Shown here: one piece after another, positions 61,232 through 64,000 of the stretch
Layout of the letters: each line of letters begins with the position of its first letter
Position numbering within the stretch: position 1 is the stretch's first letter
Source of the DNA: Acidobacteriota bacterium
GTDB taxonomy: Bacteria; Acidobacteriota; Thermoanaerobaculia; Multivoradales; JBCCEF01
Assembly (NCBI GenBank): GCA_039030395.1
Contig: JBCCEF010000020.1
Coordinates: 17,364-81,363 of the forward strand
DNA length: 64,000 bases
Direction of reading: 5' to 3'
Notes under the pieces: model-generated
Told to the model about the DNA's origin: nothing
Databases searched by the model: none
The model's input: only the letters and a program-made list of their open reading frames with translations
Translations under genes and position numbers: made by a program

Positions 61232-63128
61232 AAAAGAGGATCAGGCCGATGAACAGGACCCCGGCGAGCCATGGCGCGGCGGCGCCGGCCCACTCGGTGC
61301 CAACGCTCCACACGGGCTGCTGGCGGGCCACCGCCCAGCCGGCCATGGCGGCCATCCCAACTCCCATCAAGCCTTCGCCACCGACCAGGCCGGAGCCGAA
61401 GAGAATGCCGCCCTGGCGGTCCTCTTCGGAGGCTCCACGGCGTTCCGTGATGTAGCGCAGGAGGCCACCGAGGAACACCGGCACCATGGTCGCGACCGGC
61501 AAATAAACGCCCACGGCGAAGGGCAAACTTGGGATCTTCAGCATCTCCGCCGCCAGGGCGATCAGTACGCCGATGCCGACCAGCCCCCAGGGTAGATTCT
61601 GCTCGAGTACCCCGTCGATCACCAGCTTCATCAGGGTCGCCTGGGGCGCCGCCAGTTCCTCGGTGCCAAAGCCGAAGGCGTTGCCGAGCATCATCACCGT
61701 CAGGCAGACGAAAAAGGCCGAGGTGAGCACGCCCAGCAGCTCGCCGCTCTGCTGCACCCGCGGTGTGGCCCCGAGAATGAAACCGGTCTTCAGGTCCTGC
61801 GAGGTATCGCCGGCGATGGAGGCGGCGATGGCCACCACCGCGCCGACGGTAAGGGCCGCCATCTTGCCGGCATCGTCGGTCCATCCGAGCAGCAGGAAGA
61901 TGCTGGCAGTGCCCAGGAGGGTCGCGATGGTCATGCCGCTGGTCGGATTGGAGGTCACCCCCACGAGGCCGACGATGCGCGACGATACGGTAACGAAGAA
62001 GAAGGCGAAGATCACCACCAGCAGGGCCGCCACGGCGCGCGGCCCGAGGCCGTCGATGGCGCCGAAGGCCTGCGGCACGAAGGTCAGCATCAAGGCGATG
62101 GCGCCGAGGCCGATGCCGACAGTGCGGAGCGACAGGTCGCGGGCCGTCCGGGGGATGGCGACGGCTCCGTCGCCGCCGGCATCAAGGCGCTTCCGGAGCT
62201 GCTTGGCGCCCACCTTGAAGCTCTCGATCATGGTGGGGATGCTGCGGATCAGGGTGATGATGCCCGCCGTCGCCACCGCTCCGGCGCCGATGTAGCGCAC
62301 GTAGCGGGTCCAGATTTGACCCGGAGACATTTCGGCGATGGTCTTGACGGTCTCCGGATAGAGCGGCAGGGCCCGCCCTTCGCCCCAGTAGGCGATGGCC
62401 GGGATGATCACCAGCCAGGCGAGGAGGCCGCCACCGACCATCACCGCCGCCACCCGCACGCCGAGGATGTAGCCCACCCCGAGCAGCGCCGCCGAGATCT
62501 CGGTACCGATCTGGCCTTTCTTCAAGAACGGGATGTGCACTTCGACGTCGTCCGGCACGATCTTCATCCAACCGGTCACCGCCTTGAACAGGGCACCGAC
62601 GCCCAGGCCGAGGAAGACGTTCCTGGCCTTCGCACCGCCCCGCTCCGTCGCCATCAGCACCTCGGCGCAGGCGGTCCCTTCCGGATAGGGCAGCTTGCCG
62701 TGCTCGCGCTCGATCAGGAAGGCCCGCAGGGGAATCATGAACAGCACGCCGATCAAGCCGCCGGCGAGGCCGAGCAGGGTCATCTGGAGGAGGGTGGGAT
62801 CGAGCCCCCAGAGAAATAGAGCGGGCAGGGTGAAGATCACCCCGCTGGCCACCGAGCTCGACGCCGAGCCAACGGTCTGCGACAGGTTGGCCTCCAGCAA
62901 GCTGGTGCGCACGCCGGCGGTGGCGAGAGCCCGAAAGGCCGCCACGGTCACCACCGCCACGGGAATCGAGGTGGAGATGGTCAAGCCCACTTTGAGGCCG
63001 AGGTAGGCGTTGGCGGCGCCGAACAGCACGCCGAAGAGAATGCCCGCGCCGATCGCCTTGAAGGTCAGCTCGGCGGGGCTCTCGGTCGCCGGAATGTAGG
63101 GCTTGAAGTTCTTCCGATCGTCGCTCAC
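61191..63128 (-). CDS. OPT-family oligopeptide transporter
   Basis: The N-terminus is FKPYIPATESPAELTFKAIGAGILFGVLFGAANAYLGLKVGLTISTSIP. The protein is a ~645-aa polytopic membrane protein. Confidence 0.9.
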   Translation of the reverse strand: MSDDRKNFKPYIPATESPAELTFKAIGAGILFGVLFGAANAYLGLKVGLTISTSIPVAVVTVAAFRALATAGVRTSLLEANLSQTVGSASSSVASGVIFTLPALFLWGLDPTLLQMTLLGLAGGLIGVLFMIPLRAFLIEREHGKLPYPEGTACAEVLMATERGGAKARNVFLGLGVGALFKAVTGWMKIVPDDVEVHIPFLKKGQIGTEISAALLGVGYILGVRVAAVMVGGGLLAWLVIIPAIAYWGEGRALPLYPETVKTIAEMSPGQIWTRYVRYIGAGAVATAGIITLIRSIPTMIESFKVGAKQLRKRLDAGGDGAVAIPRTARDLSLRTVGIGLGAIALMLTFVPQAFGAIDGLGPRAVAALLVVIFAFFFVTVSSRIVGLVGVTSNPTSGMTIATLLGTASIFLLLGWTDDAGKMAALTVGAVVAIAASIAGDTSQDLKTGFILGATPRVQQSGELLGVLTSAFFVCLTVMMLGNAFGFGTEELAAPQATLMKLVIDGVLEQNLPWGLVGIGVLIALAAEMLKIPSLPFAVGVYLPVATMVPVFLGGLLRYITERRGASEEDRQGGILFGSGLVGGEGLMGVGMAAMAGWAVARQQPVWSVGTEWAGAAAPWLAGVLFIGLILFFARLAGGSKGRAT

Positions 63129-63134
63129 GGCGGG

Positions 63135-64000
63135 CTACTCCCCAGCCTCGGACTCACCGTCATCGGTGTCGTCGGCTCCATCGCTCTCGTCGGCCATCTG
63201 CGGCCACTCAATGTCGTGCGCCGGCGGCTCTCCGCCGGGTCCCTTGAGGTAATGATCGAACCAGCGCATCATGCGGCGGTTGTAGTCCATGCGCGCCGCC
63301 GCCTTGCGGTTGCCGTGGCCCTCGCCGGGGTACCAGATCAGCCGCACCGGCGTTTTGCCCACCAGCTTCAGGTAGCGGTACAGGATGAGGGACTGGCTGG
63401 GGTGAACCCGCGGATCCTCCTCGCCGTGCAGGATGAGAATCGGCGTACGCGCCTGCTCGACGTAGGTGACGGGGCTGCGTTCCATCATGAAGTCCCACTT
63501 CTCCCACGGCCAGCGCCGGGCGTGCACCAAGTACTCCTCATTGGGAATGTCGGTGGTTCCGGACTTGGCGATCTTGGCGCTGATGCCGACGAACATCACG
63601 CTGGCGGCAAAGCGTTCGGTGAAGTAGGTGGCACCCCAGGCGGAGGCGTAGCCGCCGTAGGAGCCGCCGGTGATTCCGACCTTGTCCTGATCCACCAAGC
63701 CGATCTCGATCAGGTGGTCGACGGCGTCGATCAGGTCCTCGAACTCCGCCCCCGCCGGATCCGCCTGGCTGACCTTCGAGAACTCCACGCCGCGGCCGGT
63801 GCTGCCCCGGTAGTTGGTGTAGAAGACGGCGTAACCCTGGGCGGCGGCGAGCTGCCCCGGCGCGTTGTAGCTGGTGAGCCAGCCGTTCCGGTGGTGCGAC
63901 TCGGGACCGCCGTGAACGGTCAGGATGAGCGGATAGCGGGTTCCCTCCTGTTCGTCGAGAGGGCGGATCAAAAGGCCTTCGATCTTCATTCCGTCGCGCG
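63135..64000 (-). CDS. S9 family serine peptidase (prolyl oligopeptidase/dipeptidyl aminopeptidase type), C-terminal catalytic domain only; the gene continues past the window edge
   Basis: It carries GGSYGGYAS (nucleophile elbow) and ILHGEEDPRV...GEGH (Asp/His of the triad). The reading frame is open to position 64000. Confidence 0.85.
   Translation of the reverse strand, partial: RDGMKIEGLLIRPLDEQEGTRYPLILTVHGGPESHHRNGWLTSYNAPGQLAAAQGYAVFYTNYRGSTGRGVEFSKVSQADPAGAEFEDLIDAVDHLIEIGLVDQDKVGITGGSYGGYASAWGATYFTERFAASVMFVGISAKIAKSGTTDIPNEEYLVHARRWPWEKWDFMMERSPVTYVEQARTPILILHGEEDPRVHPSQSLILYRYLKLVGKTPVRLIWYPGEGHGNRKAAARMDYNRRMMRWFDHYLKGPGGEPPAHDIEWPQMADESDGADDTDDGESEAGE

Overview
This is a 64-kb high-GC bacterial chromosomal segment. 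The gene content (a TIGR02999-type ECF sigma factor coupled to a Ser/Thr kinase, a DUF1800/DUF1501 pair, frequent GTG/TTG starts and 4-nt start/stop overlaps) suggests an Acidobacteriota-like soil bacterium, but that placement is inference only. The unusual part is the left third (22-19,988). It is a compact RiPP-type biosynthetic island built around a 50-aa precursor gene (9156-9308) with a double-Gly-like leader and the core AEIDEGDCDSWWCCSNTNA. The island encodes a split LanB: an N-terminal, glutamylation-type dehydratase protein (5177-7888) and three separate SpaB_C/Lant_dehydr_C-like proteins (7885-8934, 9433-10491, 18296-19222). It also encodes a JmjC/cupin-4 oxygenase, a divergent class-IIb (LysRS-like) aminoacyl-tRNA-synthetase paralogue with a ~250-aa unrecognisable N-terminal extension, a possible clan-CD cysteine peptidase, and two unknown proteins. 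No LanC cyclase, YcaO or radical-SAM gene is visible. The island is split by a complete Tn3-family transposon (11717-18259). The transposon has ~44-bp terminal inverted repeats and a perfect 5-bp AAGAC target-site duplication, and it carries two secreted passenger proteins and a 5'-damaged tnpA. The rest of the window is ordinary. It contains DUF1800/DUF1501, malQ/glgP, a 1214-aa secreted gluzincin/beta-helix protein, ArsR+AHSA1, tRNA-Cys and two tRNA-Gly genes, and YraN. It also contains an ECF sigma/Ser-Thr kinase pair next to a secreted 10-Cys peptide, def, a FecR-like protein with a long basic Pro/Arg repeat tail, thiE, lspA, rluD, ald and a bactofilin. Further right are a 4-gene RND efflux operon with a two-component system, a K+ channel, and a glutaminyl cyclase/OPT transporter/S9 peptidase group. 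No CRISPR array or rRNA was seen. All family assignments come from reading motifs in the supplied translations; no database search was run.
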